A DNA stretch of 64,000 nucleotides from Klebsormidium nitens (taxonomy: Eukaryota > Plantae > Klebsormidiophyceae), in assembly GCA_000708835.1 (NCBI GenBank), contig DF236964.1, forward strand, positions 1-64,000, read 5' to 3'. Below, piece by piece: positions 46,401 to 59,429 of this stretch (positions within the stretch are counted from its first letter, which is position 1; each line of letters starts with the position of its first letter). Under the pieces are notes generated by a model. It saw only the letters and a program-made list of their open reading frames with translations, searched no databases and was not told the origin of the DNA. The position numbers and the translations under genes are program-made.

Positions 46401-49400
46401 TGAAAATAGGCCCAGCAGCTCTCCTATAGACACTCTCAAGATTGCCGCAGATCGCAGACTAGGTAGATTGTCGACATTTAAGGCCCCGTTCTGATACGTT
46501 GTTGGGCAAGTACTTGTAGGCTCCAAAGCCCCTCGGCTTCCATTTGAAACCACAATGAAAGCACAAAATCACCTCCGTTTCTGAGCGGCTCAACCGCCGA
46601 AGCGCCTCGCATCAAGAGGCTTCAAGGCACACCGAGATTTTAGACACAACTCAGAAAGGGGTCTTTAGCTGCAATTGACGATGGACAACAAAGCGCCTAG
46701 TTCTAAGACTCGCTCACCAGCATGTCGAGGTGCTCGTCGATGGTGTTCTTGGTGTACGGACGGGTGGGGTTCGTGGACGACGGCAGCACGTTTGCCTGTC
46801 CGCACACGGTGATGATGTCAGGAGCATGGCCCCCACCGGCGCCCTCGCTGCAAAAACGTGTTTCATAGCTTTGTCAGTCCCAAGTCAGGGGTGCTTCGGT
46901 ATTTGAGTTCGCTGGGGTCTCAATCAAGTTTTACGATTGGTCCGCACAGGATGAGGATGCTGTGAGCGTGAGCTCCGCCAATCTGCTCACTAGGACTCGA
47001 ATCTGGGGTTCAGTATACTGCAGATCCCCAACAATCTAAAAGCGCAGTCCCTGATTGAGTTCCTACTGTTTGCTCGAAAAGGGCAAAACGACACTTAGGC
47101 CAAGACGCTGGCACCTGTGTTGGATGAAAATCAAGAGCCTTTTCCTTGAAGCAACTTTCGGAGGGCTTGAGGGACTTTGGTTCCAAAGTTCTGACGGCTT
47201 CAGAGTCCGCGGTGTCCGACATCCAGGAGAACTTCTGTATTGGAATATGGAAACTCAAAACATGGCTCTCCAAAATCTGTTGATTTATCCGTTGCAAGAA
47301 GGCCTGAATGAAGCAAAGCAAGCAAACAAAAACAATTTCCACCTGGCTTGCAAGAATCTGCACTCTTCCTCCAATCCGCGTACCTGTGGTAGGTGTGAAT
47401 GGTCCGTCCCTTGAACGCCTTAATCGTCCCTTCGACCACGGACGACTCGTTCAGCGTGTCTGTGTGTATCGTCACCTGCAAGCGAAGAGCCAGCAAATCA
47501 TCATACTATACAATAATGATTGATTTGGGTGCTGCCTCTCTTGTTTTACGAACCTTGATTCGGAACCCCCGAGCCCAGTTGTTTTCCTCAGCTTGCATGT
47601 GGAACATTGAGCAGGCTACCTCTCCTCTTCAAGAAGCTGCAGAAAAGTCAGAGGCCGTGCTTCACCAACATCTTGACACGGAATTAGTGCGAACACCAGC
47701 ATAATACTCTGTTGGAACGAAGCTTGGAATTCACATAGTATGTTTGTTGCTTCGCCGTGCCTACCTTCGTTTCAGTCGCTTGGACCAACCCCAACAACTT
47801 CCCAGACTGCTTCTGGAAATCAGTCTGAGCCCTTCGCCGGCCATCAAGCAAGCTCCTTCTCGGAGAGGACATCGTGCGCTTTTCCCACAATTCATCTTAC
47901 AGAAGATCGAGTAAGACAAAATGCCGCCGCTGGACCATTGCCATACACGCCACAAAGCCACTGGCACAAGAACTAAATACAGTGTTTTCAAGCATCCTGC
48001 CGATTGCAGATAGAGAAGATACTTTGGATTCTAGACGCCGAAGTCGATCAAGTCTGAGACTCATCTAGCAAAACTAGAACTAAGTTTTAAGCTTCCCTCC
48101 CTGATCGAAAGGGGCAGGTCGATTGCAAAGAGCTGTAAGAAAAAAGAAAAGGAATAAGACTAACAAAAGGGGAATGGGCTCCCACCTGGATGTCGAACTT
48201 ATCAGCGACGGTCAGGCAGTTGTCGATGGCCGCTGGCGTCGTGCCCCAATCCTCGTGCAGCTTCAGCCCGATCGCGCCCGCCTCGATGATGTCAGCAAGC
48301 CCCTCCGGCTTCGCCGTGTTGCCCTGCCACGTGGCAGCATGTAACCGTTAAACACTGCCGCGACAACGTTTTTCGACAAGCTTTTCATGGGGGCCCGCCA
48401 CGCAACTGAATGGACTTGTTTGAAGTATACACCAAGCGTCCTTGTTCATCCTTTCAGCTTCTCTCTTCCGGCTCCTTAAGACGTTGAAACCAAGCTTGGA
48501 TAATGGGTTATAGCCAAAGCGGCTGAGCAAGTTGAATAGAGCCAAACATGAGAGGACACTCTTGTCCAGTTGTTCCGTCCACTCAGGTCGGCGTTGGTAT
48601 GCTTGATTGATCAAAAAGCTAAGAGAACAACATTGGGGTACGTCGATACGTTTTGACTCGGACCTGAAAAATTCAGGAAGTACACAAAAAGCAAGATTAC
48701 CTTTCTTTGGTAGATACGAGCACTCAAAAATAAGAAGAGGCCGATGATAGATCGTTCTCTCCGTCGACCAATCAACCGAGACCACCAGTAAAGAGTCGCT
48801 TCAAAAATCATATAGGTTCAAAGTCGCAGCGACGAATGTCGATGCCTCTTACCTGAAGGTGGCCGGCATCCACGCAGCACACTTTCTCCTCTAATTAAAA
48901 CGAGTCAGCTCAGTCTCGGCTCACCTTGCCCGTGAAGCCGATGTTGAGCGGCTGCGTGTCCGTCGCTTGCAGCATAACTTTCATCTGATGGGGGGCGGGA
49001 GTACACGTTGTAGCACAGGTGCCGGAAGCTGGGCCGGTACCCCCCCCGATGAGAGTGGTCACACCTGTACGTTTCATTCGTGTGTGAGGATTCTCAGCAG
49101 AAGGTCCTTTCAGAAAGAGCTCTGAAAGGACCTTCATCTAGTGGGGGATAGGAGGACGTTGTGGCACATATGAGTGAAGCCGGGCCGGTGCCCCCCCGCT
49201 GAGAGTGGTCACACCTGTCAAACATCAAGTCTCGTCAAAAGGATGGGAGACAGGAAGCTGCGTGGTACTGGAAAACAATGACGAAATTTGTAAGCTGGCG
49301 CAAGGAGAAGACTCGCGGTTCTGGCACATGCGCTGGAAGCGCCGTCGGCACACCTCAAATTCGCAATTGCCCAACAGTGGCTTGTGAGGGTCGAAAGCGA

Positions 49401-52400
49401 AAAGAGAAGCTGGGTTAGACGAGGAAGGAGATTGCTCGTATGTCCGAATGACTTTCTTTTCTATCCCTGCGGGGAGTGCTCGTTCTTTCTTCAACTCTTC
49501 CACTGGAATCCAATTTGGGGACTAGAAGAAGTCTTAGTCAAGTTGTTCAAGAAAGGGGCACAACATCCAGGACCAAACTTTCTTCAGACTCCTGTAGTCG
49601 AGCCAATACTCCTAGCATTTGATGTTTCAATGAACTTCGTCATTGTGACGATTGAAAGGCGAGGCCAACCCACAGAACCGAGCTCAAACTCCGAGGCTTA
49701 CCGCTTGCGATGGCCTCGTCCGCTTGCTGGGGGCAGATGAAGTGGATGTGCGTGTCGATGCCTCCTGCGGTAAGGATCATACCCTCCCCAGCAATCGCTT
49801 CAGTGTTCACCTGCAGTAGCGGGCGCAATCTTATACGAATTTACTCGAGAGGCTCTCGCTTTTTGAGCGTGATTGTGGGCAGACGCGTTCCAACGCCTCT
49901 AAACGAGCTTTCCGGTCACCGCTGATTTGACCCCGCGAACCGTCGCAGAGCATTTTAAGGCCCAAGCTTCTGCTTCGTACTTGCCAGATGGCCTAAGCCC
50001 GTAAAACCTTGTCCAAACATCAAAACGACAGTGGGTCCGCCCACATGTCGCAGTGGGCGCATGAGACGTTAGTGTGAAAGCGCCTGCAGCGTTCCTCAAA
50101 GAATGCGTAGGATCCGATCGTTCGCGGCAGAACAGACTTTTCCGAATCACCTTCGGTGACGTCTTTGCTCAGCAGTTGCTACAAATAGAACTCAAGCCCA
50201 TAATCACCGTTCCACTTCTCAAAAAGATTGGGCAAAGAAAAGGGAACGAGCGCTCTTTTTCCCGGAACAAAAGTGGAGCGTCGTTACAAGACACTACAAG
50301 GTGTTTGGACTCACTCCCACGATCATGCCCTCTGTGACGCCTTCCATGACGTCAGGGTTGCCAGCCTTGCCGATGGCGCTGATCTTGGAGCCCTTGATGC
50401 CCACGTCAGCCTGCGAAGGGAGGAGAATCGGTTCCCAAACCAAGCCAAAATTCACTGATCGAAGTTTTGTCAAACCGACTATTTCATGGAGACGCTGCGA
50501 CCTCCTCTATCTGCAGTCTGTCGGGTTGGCCGTACAAGATTTCGATAGAGGCCGACGCCTAGCAGCGGTCGCAGTCAACAGATCCGTATTCAAACGCACA
50601 GAACGATGGGTTTGGAAGATTAGTTGCGTCACAGCACATATCGCTGACCCGAGAGGAAGTCGAGGCTTCCTTATGATGTGCAGCAAACTGTTCAGATCTC
50701 AGCCATCTATTACTCTCCGAAATGCCGTCTGCATACAAAGAAAACGCCAACCAAGCAAGCCAGTCAAATAGGGAATTTAAAAAGGAGCTTTGCGCACCTT
50801 GTAGATGCCGGAGTAGTCGACAATAAGCGCGTTGACGATCACGGTGTCCAGGACATCAGCCGCGCCGACGCCCGCCATCTGCAGTCAACAGCACTGCCAT
50901 TATCATTACACCAGGTAAGCTTCTTGTAAAGGCGTGCGTTGTATACTCCAGAAAATGACAACAGGGATGAATACAAGAAACGGACATCTGCATCGCACAG
51001 CGGACGACTTCGTGAAGGAATGTACAGAAAAGTGCGCTGTCTCGGTCATGATCACAAAGTGGAGGCTTTCAAAGGAAGGAGAAGTCGTTTCGATGTGCAT
51101 GCCCGTAGTAAAGTGTGGCCAATGGTCCACGAGTTGGGAGCTTTGGGTCCCCTTAATCGCAGCCACGCCATTCATCAGAGGCGGGTACAAAAGGAAGACC
51201 GGGAACTAGCTCTGCGGATTCAGATATGGTCCTCTCAATTCCTGCGTCGACCATGAACCTTTTGAATCTAGTTCTAATCGGGGCTTCCACCAAGAAGGCC
51301 GACTCATTCTAAGTCAGCGCAATGACCTGAAGCCCTAAAACCTTAAACCGGAAAAACGCATCCTTGAAAGTACAAGCACGCACCTGGCCCATGCCCTCGC
51401 GCAACACCTTTCCGCCGCCAAACTTGCACTCATCGCCGTAGTGGGTCAGGTCACGCTCAACCTGCAGACGATTAATGCAACGCTCAACCCAATTTCAAGC
51501 GGCGATATGCAGCTCTCCAGCACACGTCAGCAATCTTCTTACAGTGCTAGCTTGATGTCGTACTCTCCGGCGGCCTGTTATTTGAAAGCAGCGGTTTGAG
51601 ACACAACCCGAGCCAACTTCAGGAGCTTGTATCGGTTTGTGGTCAGGACAATCATACACTGAGCAAGGACTTCAATCCTTATTTCGAAACTTAACGGAAG
51701 ATCTTTTTCGAACTAATGGCGAAGCTCGGGAATGCGCAGTTGTATCGTTGAGGACGTCAGGTTGAATTGACGTCTTCTCACCTCCAACACAAGATTCGTG
51801 TCCCCCAGCTTGACCTTGTCTCCAACGGTCGGTCCGTAAGTGTTGGCGTAGTGCTCTTTGGGGATGCTGCACGACAGACATTTTAGGTTGGGTAAAGAGT
51901 GAAAGCGATCCGAATGAGAATTGGTGCGTCCCTTGCCATGCTTTTGCTGCTCGCGGGTAGACACACGGTCTGTGTTGAGATGAACGCTGCGTTTCTGGGG
52001 AGTCTTTTTCTTGCATGTCAGGAAGCTGCTGGCTTTTCAAAACAGAGGAGAAGCAAAGGAGCTAGCAAACAGGTTGTTTCCAGCTCCTTCATCTGATTTG
52101 CTTTGCCGCACAAGTTTCAAAGCGATGGCGCTCGTACTCACACTAAGACACAAGGTAGCCTGAGTTTTTACGTTAGCAGTGGTAGAATTCCCGCTATCTC
52201 TGAGGATAACTTTAGTTGGGGACATGCAGACTTGTTGAAACGTCGTTCAGTATGGATTGGCTGGGCCCTACCTGACGGTGTGATGCGCAGTCTGCCCAAC
52301 GATGCCCTTTCTGCATCAGAGGTACCGACAGCGATTGAGTGATTCCATTGAAGGCCGGTTACTTCTTTCAACGAGCGAGATAGAAAGAACGCCTCATCGT

Positions 52401-55400
52401 TTGCAGGCACTTGTTGCAGAAGGGATAGCGAAAACGAAATAAAACCGAAGCACCTCAAAATGAGCGTCTCCAAGTAGCAACTGCTGAAAGCATCCGAGTC
52501 ACACGATCGGAGTGACTGTCAAGGTGCAATTCTGTAAAGCGTGTTTCGTTTCTAGTCCCGCATATTCGAAATCCGACCCTTGCTCAAAACATGACGGCCT
52601 TTCCATTCAAGCCAAAAGACACATTGTGGTGGCTCCGCGAAACATCATCGCAACAAAAGTCTACAAATTCCTGCTTCTTGAAAACTCACACTGCTGTCCC
52701 CTGCTCCATATGACCAAATCCTTGGGCCTTGACTTTCTCTATAACTCCCGCCAGTCTCTCCGCGTTCACAGGCCCGTCGACCAGGGAGTTGCCGCCGCGG
52801 ATGACCTTGTTACCGCCGATTGACACTAGCACCACGGACTTACTCTCGCCAGGCTGCAGAATTGCAGGGAAAGCGGTCGCTTCTTTAGATGGTGTCATAA
52901 GTCGCAGATGGAGCTAAAATCAACTGTATTTCTCCGTTTCTTCTGGGTGGACGGACAAGGTTGATCGACTGGATAGCGGAACGAAACTTGAGTCAGAGTT
53001 TTAGGCAACCATCTGAAACTTCGAAGGTCGCAAAAGCTCCAACAGAGGTGCGAGCAGCCGAGCATTCTAAGGACCACAGAGAGACGCACTTCACCTCCGT
53101 TTCGCTAAGCTGCAGTTTGCGACATAAAAGTGAGCCTGCAAGCACGGCTCGAAGCATCCGTTCCGCAACGACCCTATCATATACGGCAATCCGACAAGAG
53201 TCAAGTTGCGGGAGGAGGCGTTTGACCAGCTTGCACAGGGCTCCATAGCTTCCCGTTACTTTTGTATATATGTTGTACGCACCTCGAAGCGGACCGCAGT
53301 TCCAGCCGCAATGTTGAGCCGCATGCCGTACGCGGCCGCTCGGTCGAACACCAGGAAGGGGTTCGTCTCGATGAAGTGGTAGTGACTCCCGACCTGCAAC
53401 AACGTCAGGAGTGTCTTAGCGAGCGCTAACTGCTTCCTCGCACCTCTTGGGGCTTTTCCGCGAGAGGAAACGCATACAGGATACCCCGTTTGACCGTACT
53501 CGACTGTAAGCATCCAAGCGAAGAATCTCTTTTAACCTCTTTCCTTAATCCTTTTCATCTCACCTTTACATGCAGAAAGCATAGATTCCCGTACTCGAGA
53601 AGGAGGCCATGACTACTCAGCAAGATTGATGTCTTCTCAGCTGGGACGTCCTTCAGCCCTTCGAATTCTGTGCTCAACCCCAACTCACAGCCTTCCTCAG
53701 CCTCTAATCGGCACCACTCAAGCGACTGCTTGTAAGCTTCGCACATCTAAATCTCTTGACACTGCAAACTCTCCCTCTAATCGCAGTCATCGTTTTGTGT
53801 CACGGGGCCCTTGCCTGGATTGGGCGATCGCACTTGCTGGTGACCGTCAGTTTCACAGTGAGTCTGCCCGCGTTGAGAACGACGGATCCGGCGGCTGTGG
53901 TGACCTTGCCAGGCGCCTCGCTCTCCTCTTCGAGCGGCGGGAATGCGTCGACGTCCGGAACTGTGAAACAAGCACGAAGATGATTATGGAAAGGGCAATC
54001 GGCTTATAGTTGTCGATTCGATCTTGGCAAGGTTATATAAGTTCGTTTTGCAGCGGGTGCAGCATCGAGGTGGCAGGCGCTATCTGCTGAGAAACGATTT
54101 GGGTCCAGCCTTTGACACGATCATCGATCTTTTCCACTTCGCATCGACTAATGCGGGTTGCGGCTTGATCAGGCGGGATGGTTGTTCCTACAAACGAATC
54201 TAACGCCCAATTTCGTCACATTCGCAATCACATCAAGGATCCACCAGATTATTCCAACGTGCGAGATCAAGAGTTGGATCTCTTGACGAGCGCGACAGCC
54301 AAGAGAGGGTCGCATATCTGTGCTTCGAGCCGTTCAGATTCTTAGCAAGAATCTAGTAACTCCGTCAACCGAGCAGTCGAATGAAGCTTCACATGCTCGC
54401 AACTTGGCTGGGCCCCATTGAACGGTTCTAGACAGTCCACAGGTAGACGAAAGTCAGGCGCATTCGAACCTTTCCAAAAGAATAAACATGATACTAAAGA
54501 GGAAGGCGTCGGGCATTACCAGGGAAGAAAGAACCATGCAGGGCCAGTTTTAGGTCCCCGTTCTCCAGCGAGATGGGCGAGTGAACGGTGACCAGCTTTG
54601 TGCCGTCCGGAAAGGTGCCCTCGATCTGGACCTCGTCCAACAGGTGAGCAACAGCTGGCAACACCTGGCGCCTGCATAGGCGGAGCAAGATTAGCCAAGA
54701 TCGGAGATAGACGCAAATAGCGCGTGCATCTGCAGAGGCTCATTGGCGGAGCGAGCATGATTAAAGATAATCAGAAACAACGTGCTAGAAATCGTAACCT
54801 AAGAAAGTGTACGCTAAAGAGAAGTTGACGACTTCAACTTGACACTGCTGTCACTGCAGATCAATGGGTCTTTGGTACCATTTTGCAACAAGCATGGATG
54901 GACCTTATATATCTTAGGAGTTCGCATCTTGCCATTGAGCAAAAGGACGAGACCATGCAAAGGCAAAGCGACAATGTCGAGGTTCCTTTCGGGATTCAAA
55001 GCAAGGACTCACTTTCCCAGCAGTTGTCGCCCCAAGTCCATCAGCTCTGCAACCGACTTGCCCTCCCGAATGAACTCCAAGATCTGCAGAAACACAAGTC
55101 GAGCCTGAGAAGAGATTGAAAGAAAACGAGTCCCAATCTCGATATGTAGATATGTTCCTACCTTCTGAATGCTTGTTGCTTTCCTCAGTGAGCATCTGAA
55201 GAGCAAAGAGTCAATTCCCAACCCTCGCTTTAACAGTATCCTTGGTGGCCGCCTCTTTTGTCCAGCAACGCCCAATGAGGGTGCAGTTATGATTATCTCT
55301 TGTGACAGAAGCTCACCTGTGTTGCGATGAGGGCGATGGCCTCCGGGTGGTTAAGCCTAACCCCTCTCGCTAACCGCTTCTGCGCCAGCACCCCCGCCTG

Positions 55401-55442
55401 GTGCAGCCGCAGCTTATCGAACTCCCTGGGAGCGAGCTTCAT
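43456..55442 (-). CDS. URE: Urease, single-chain plant-type (gamma-beta-alpha fused), about 21 exons
   Basis: [20 protein letters not shown]; [14 protein letters not shown]; [12 protein letters not shown]; [14 protein letters not shown]; GGIDTHIHF; GLKLHEDWG; IHTDTLNES; [16 protein letters not shown]; MVCHHL; [12 protein letters not shown]; KYTINPA; PLAQNYFLF*. Nickel ligands and the carbamylated Lys motif are intact. Confidence 0.98.
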
Positions 55443-57569
55443 CTTGCTGGTTAACCTAACCCGCTAGCCAACCCAATCCTAACACGGTGCTTGCTTTGGC
55501 TAGAATGAGGGGGGTGGTAAGCTCGTGTGTGATCTTTCCGTGTAAGTCAAAGCTTAGCTAACGAGTCTGGTGTTAGGCGTGGTTTGTAGAACCCGAAACT
55601 TGTAACCCAGGTACAAAGGGACCTTAACGAGCTAGCTGCGCCGAGAAGAACCGACCGCACCGCTTCAGAGGCGGTACTAATGACAGCTTGCAGATATGAG
55701 GACGCGCGTACCGCTTCTAAAGCTGTTGCCGGAGTGTCAACTGAGCGAAGCGAAGGAGAACTACCAGGGCCTAGTTCAGAGAAGGAAATGTCGGTTACAG
55801 TTTCACAGGAGGTTGCGGTGGTTGGAACCGTGGATTTCAAGACCTTAGGAATACAAGCAACTGGGGCTGCTAGGGGACTGAGAGAGAGCTTGAGGAAGAT
55901 GAATGGGGAGGCTGAGGGGGCACCCGCCCGTGACGTTGCCTGCAGTCAATGGTTTGAATCAGCTCCCAAAGAGATGCCTCATGGGGAACGAGGCAAGGTT
56001 TCAATAATTAGCGGGTTCAAGAAGCTGCTCTCATGGACTTGTCAAGAAGGACTTGCCTACCAATTAGAATAATAGTGGATCCTGGAATGTGGAACCAAGT
56101 ATCTATAGACCCACATTGCGATCTTGGACAAGGGCCTGACAATGCAAAGAAGGGGGCATTGATTCGTTCATGTGTTAGAGATACGGTGCTCGTTGCTTAA
56201 GCTCGCAAACTGATTCAGGACAACAAGTGAAAACTTTCTCATAAAACGAATTGGGACAACTGTAGAGCAGTTGGACAGCCTTTTGTTACATACACTCACC
56301 GCTGTTGAAGGGGAGGCCTTGGGCGCACTCCTCTGGTTCTTCCTTCCAGACCTAAGCTTTCTCTTTGCGCCTCTTCTTCTGGCCTTCCTACTTGTCTGCT
56401 TGCGAGAGCTGCAACTTTCCTGCCCTATCAATGTGGGGGGACGATGATTTGGCAAAGCGGGGAACTCTGTGGAAGTAAGAAGAAAGGCCCGCTGTTGCGG
56501 GTCTTCTTCTTCACGCTGCAAAAGAGAGGGGATGGAATGGATTGAACAACGGAAAGGTATGGAAAGGGAGGAATCAAGGCTTCTTACATTGACAGAGGAA
56601 CATCGAAGAAGTAGAGGAAAGATAGGATATGCTCCAAATTGAAGCTGAGGGATTGAAGAAGACGTTTGAGCTTATGCTCTGTCGCAATGCCCCCACTGCT
56701 AGCTTTGGGCCTTTGGGCCAATCTGGGGCTCACAACAAGTTTGGCACACCAATTGGCTGCCGCTTGATTGACGGAACTTTGGTGGTCAGTCCTTTGTCTC
56801 AATGTGGTTCAAACGCACGTCAATGCCCTGTGCCTTTACTTTGAAGACTTGATAGAATGAAGAAGATTTTGTAAAGGCATGATGGTTCTCAGAGACAAGC
56901 AGACCAAAGTTATGCAATGCTGTGACCACACATCAAGTGACTTGTCGAAGGGCGTCCCCTGAGCAACTCACTGATGCAATGAGTCCCGCTCCTCTCACCT
57001 CCAGAGAGTCCGAGCTGATGTAAGCGCAACCGTGTTTGGCTGAGAAGGAGCGAAGGAAGTCCCCAAGTCGAAGCTTCAGAGCCATCAAAGTTCTATCTCT
57101 TATTTCAAAGTAATCAGGACTCCCATGGAACCTCTGCGTTCCTGTAATGCAGCATTTGCAGCATTGGCAGATCAAAGTTCAGTACTATCAAGGTGCCAAT
57201 TGACTCAAACTTAGCTGGCACCAGCTAGCAGTAGCAATGGCAGCAGAAGCACCAAATCATGCAAATGAGCTGAGACTCTGTGAGAGCTCTGAACAAAAGG
57301 AGATCAATGCACTTTGACTCTCGCAAGCAGGAAGCGCAAGTAGGGCAATACTAATAGGTGATGCGGAGAATAGTACCTCGTGTCAGTGTAAAACGGCAAT
57401 CTGTACCTGTTCACATGAGGCTCACCGTGCACAGATTCCGAGGTGTGAACAAACTCGTTCTTTAGCAGCTTTAGCATATGCAATTATTGTATTGCATTTT
57501 GCAAGGAGGCTTTGCATGCACATGATAGTTCTCTTGAAGCCTGTTCAACCAATTCAACATCAATTGCAG

Positions 57570-59429
57570 AGGCCAAGGCGCTTTTTTATCTTCGCAAAGA
57601 GCCCATCAAGGACTGGTCGGCGCAACGATGCGGATTGAGAGAGGTTTCGAAGTGGCTCGATGGAAGAAGCAGCATTTGGCTAGTGATATGGGGTCAGCAT
57701 TCGGGCAACAAGCGATTGATTCGAGCTGGTGCGGAGGCATGGGCGGTGAACAGGATCGACCAGAGCCACTTCTTGGCGGTGCGGACCTGAGTGGCAGCAT
57801 TGCGTGGCTAGAAAACTGTTTGCAAGCTGAAGTCAAGCGGTGGAATGCTGAAATGGCCCTTCGGCAGGCTGCGGAAGCAAATGCAGCGGCGGTCAGCAAG
57901 AGGGCTCTCGTTCTTGAAATGGAGTTGGCGCAACTAAGGCGGTCACTGCTTGAGAAGGACTATGCTCTAGACAAAGCAGAGGCGAGAGCGGCAGTATTTG
58001 AGCGGGCGTTGGCGCAGATAAGGGGGAATGCGGATGCAGTGCTGGCAGACGCGAAAGGAGGCGAGATCTTTAAAGAGCAGGCGGAGAAAGTAGCGTGCGC
58101 GGGGGAAGGCGACAGGCCTTCGAAACATGCTTCGGAGGGCGTCACATTGGGAGAACATGTACTTACGAGTGGTGATTCTGCTGAGAAGCTACTAGAGGGC
58201 CAGAAGGATACAACGCCTGCAGTCAAAGGTGAGTCGGTTCTCTTGATCCCTGCTGATCTGTCAGTGTCTGATTGGCAAGGCTGGCAATCATAGGGTAAGG
58301 GCATTCAATTTACTGCATCTGGGAAGAAGAAAGGGGACTATCACCAGAGGGCACACAAGTACCCGTCCACTTGGATGCACATGCTTGAGCCCAAAGGTGA
58401 TGCCCTTGCATAGAATGAAGGATAGCAAAGGAAACTGATCACTGAAGATCCTAAAATAGCAGTCTAAATATCCCAGGTAGTTCAGGACTGGCAGGTGTGC
58501 TCGGTGGAAACAAATAATCGGCGCACTCCAACTTTGCCCTTGCCTTTATACTGCAGCACCCGGCAAGGAAAGCTGTATGATCCTTCTCAATTAAATCTGC
58601 AGGGGGGAGGGGAAAGCGTGTTCGATGTAGTAACAAAAGTGCTTGGGCCACCATCGGTGCATTGCTGCAAGCTGCACCAGACACTTCAAATGTCCTTGGT
58701 GCAACTACAGCGCCAACAGATGACGTGCCGAATGTGGGAGAAGGGGATGAAGAAGAGGCCTCTCTCACACGAACACGGTCGCTTTGGGAGGTTCTCAAGT
58801 GCTCGGAGAGTTGCGCAGAAAGGCGCCCCACAAAGGAGATGCCTTGCCAAAAGGGGTCTGGGAAGCGGTGCACCGATTGCGGGGCAACAGAGGCAAGGCG
58901 ATGGTATGGGGCGTCGCTGGGAAAACGCATATGCAGTATATGCTATGATTGTGTTCATAGAAAGCATACAAAAGCGCAGCCGAAGGACACTACAATGGAG
59001 ACAGCGGCTCCTTGTGGTAAGCAAACAGCAAGAAAAGAAGGTGGCGCTGCAGCCCCTTCTGGTCTTGCAAGGAGTGGGGCAAAACGGAAGCGAGAGACAG
59101 TTTGTTGGGGCAGAGCAGAAGTCCCTAATCATAAGAAGCCCACATTGGTGGCCTTGTCCGAGCCCAAACGTGGACATTGCGCAGATTGCGGGAGGAGAGG
59201 TGCAACCAAGTTCCGTAGTGGCATCAAAGTACTCAAGCCTCTGTGCCGTAGATGCTCCGATTGGAAGTTGGGGGGCCTTTGCCACCTTTGTGGGACTACG
59301 AGTACCTGCACATGGTATCGAGGTCCTGAAGGCGCGAGCAGAACCACTTGCAGCAAATGCTACTGCAGGCACTTCAAGCTAAGAAAGAGAAGGGCTTTCA
59401 AAGCCTCGGAGCGAGAAAACGCAACGTAG
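57570..59429 (+). CDS. Coiled-coil protein with three GATA-like C4 zinc fingers (5' exons uncertain)
   Basis: Exon 57570-58228 (coiled coil ..LEMELAQLRRSLLEKDYALDKAEARA..) splices in phase 1 (GTGAGT..CTGCAG) to exon 58603-59429, which carries CTDC-x17-CSIC, CADC-x18-CRRC and CHLC-x19-CSKC followed by a basic tail. Confidence 0.7.

Noticed and set aside
35463-55442. Recent bacterial horizontal transfer of a urease operon
   Set aside because: The urease is single-chain plant-type, UreD and UreF are plant-like, all carry many spliceosomal introns, and there is no ureE.
58495-59382. 295-aa alternate-frame ORF and 228-aa antisense ORF
   Set aside because: The zinc-finger frame is the one supported by splice phase and motifs.
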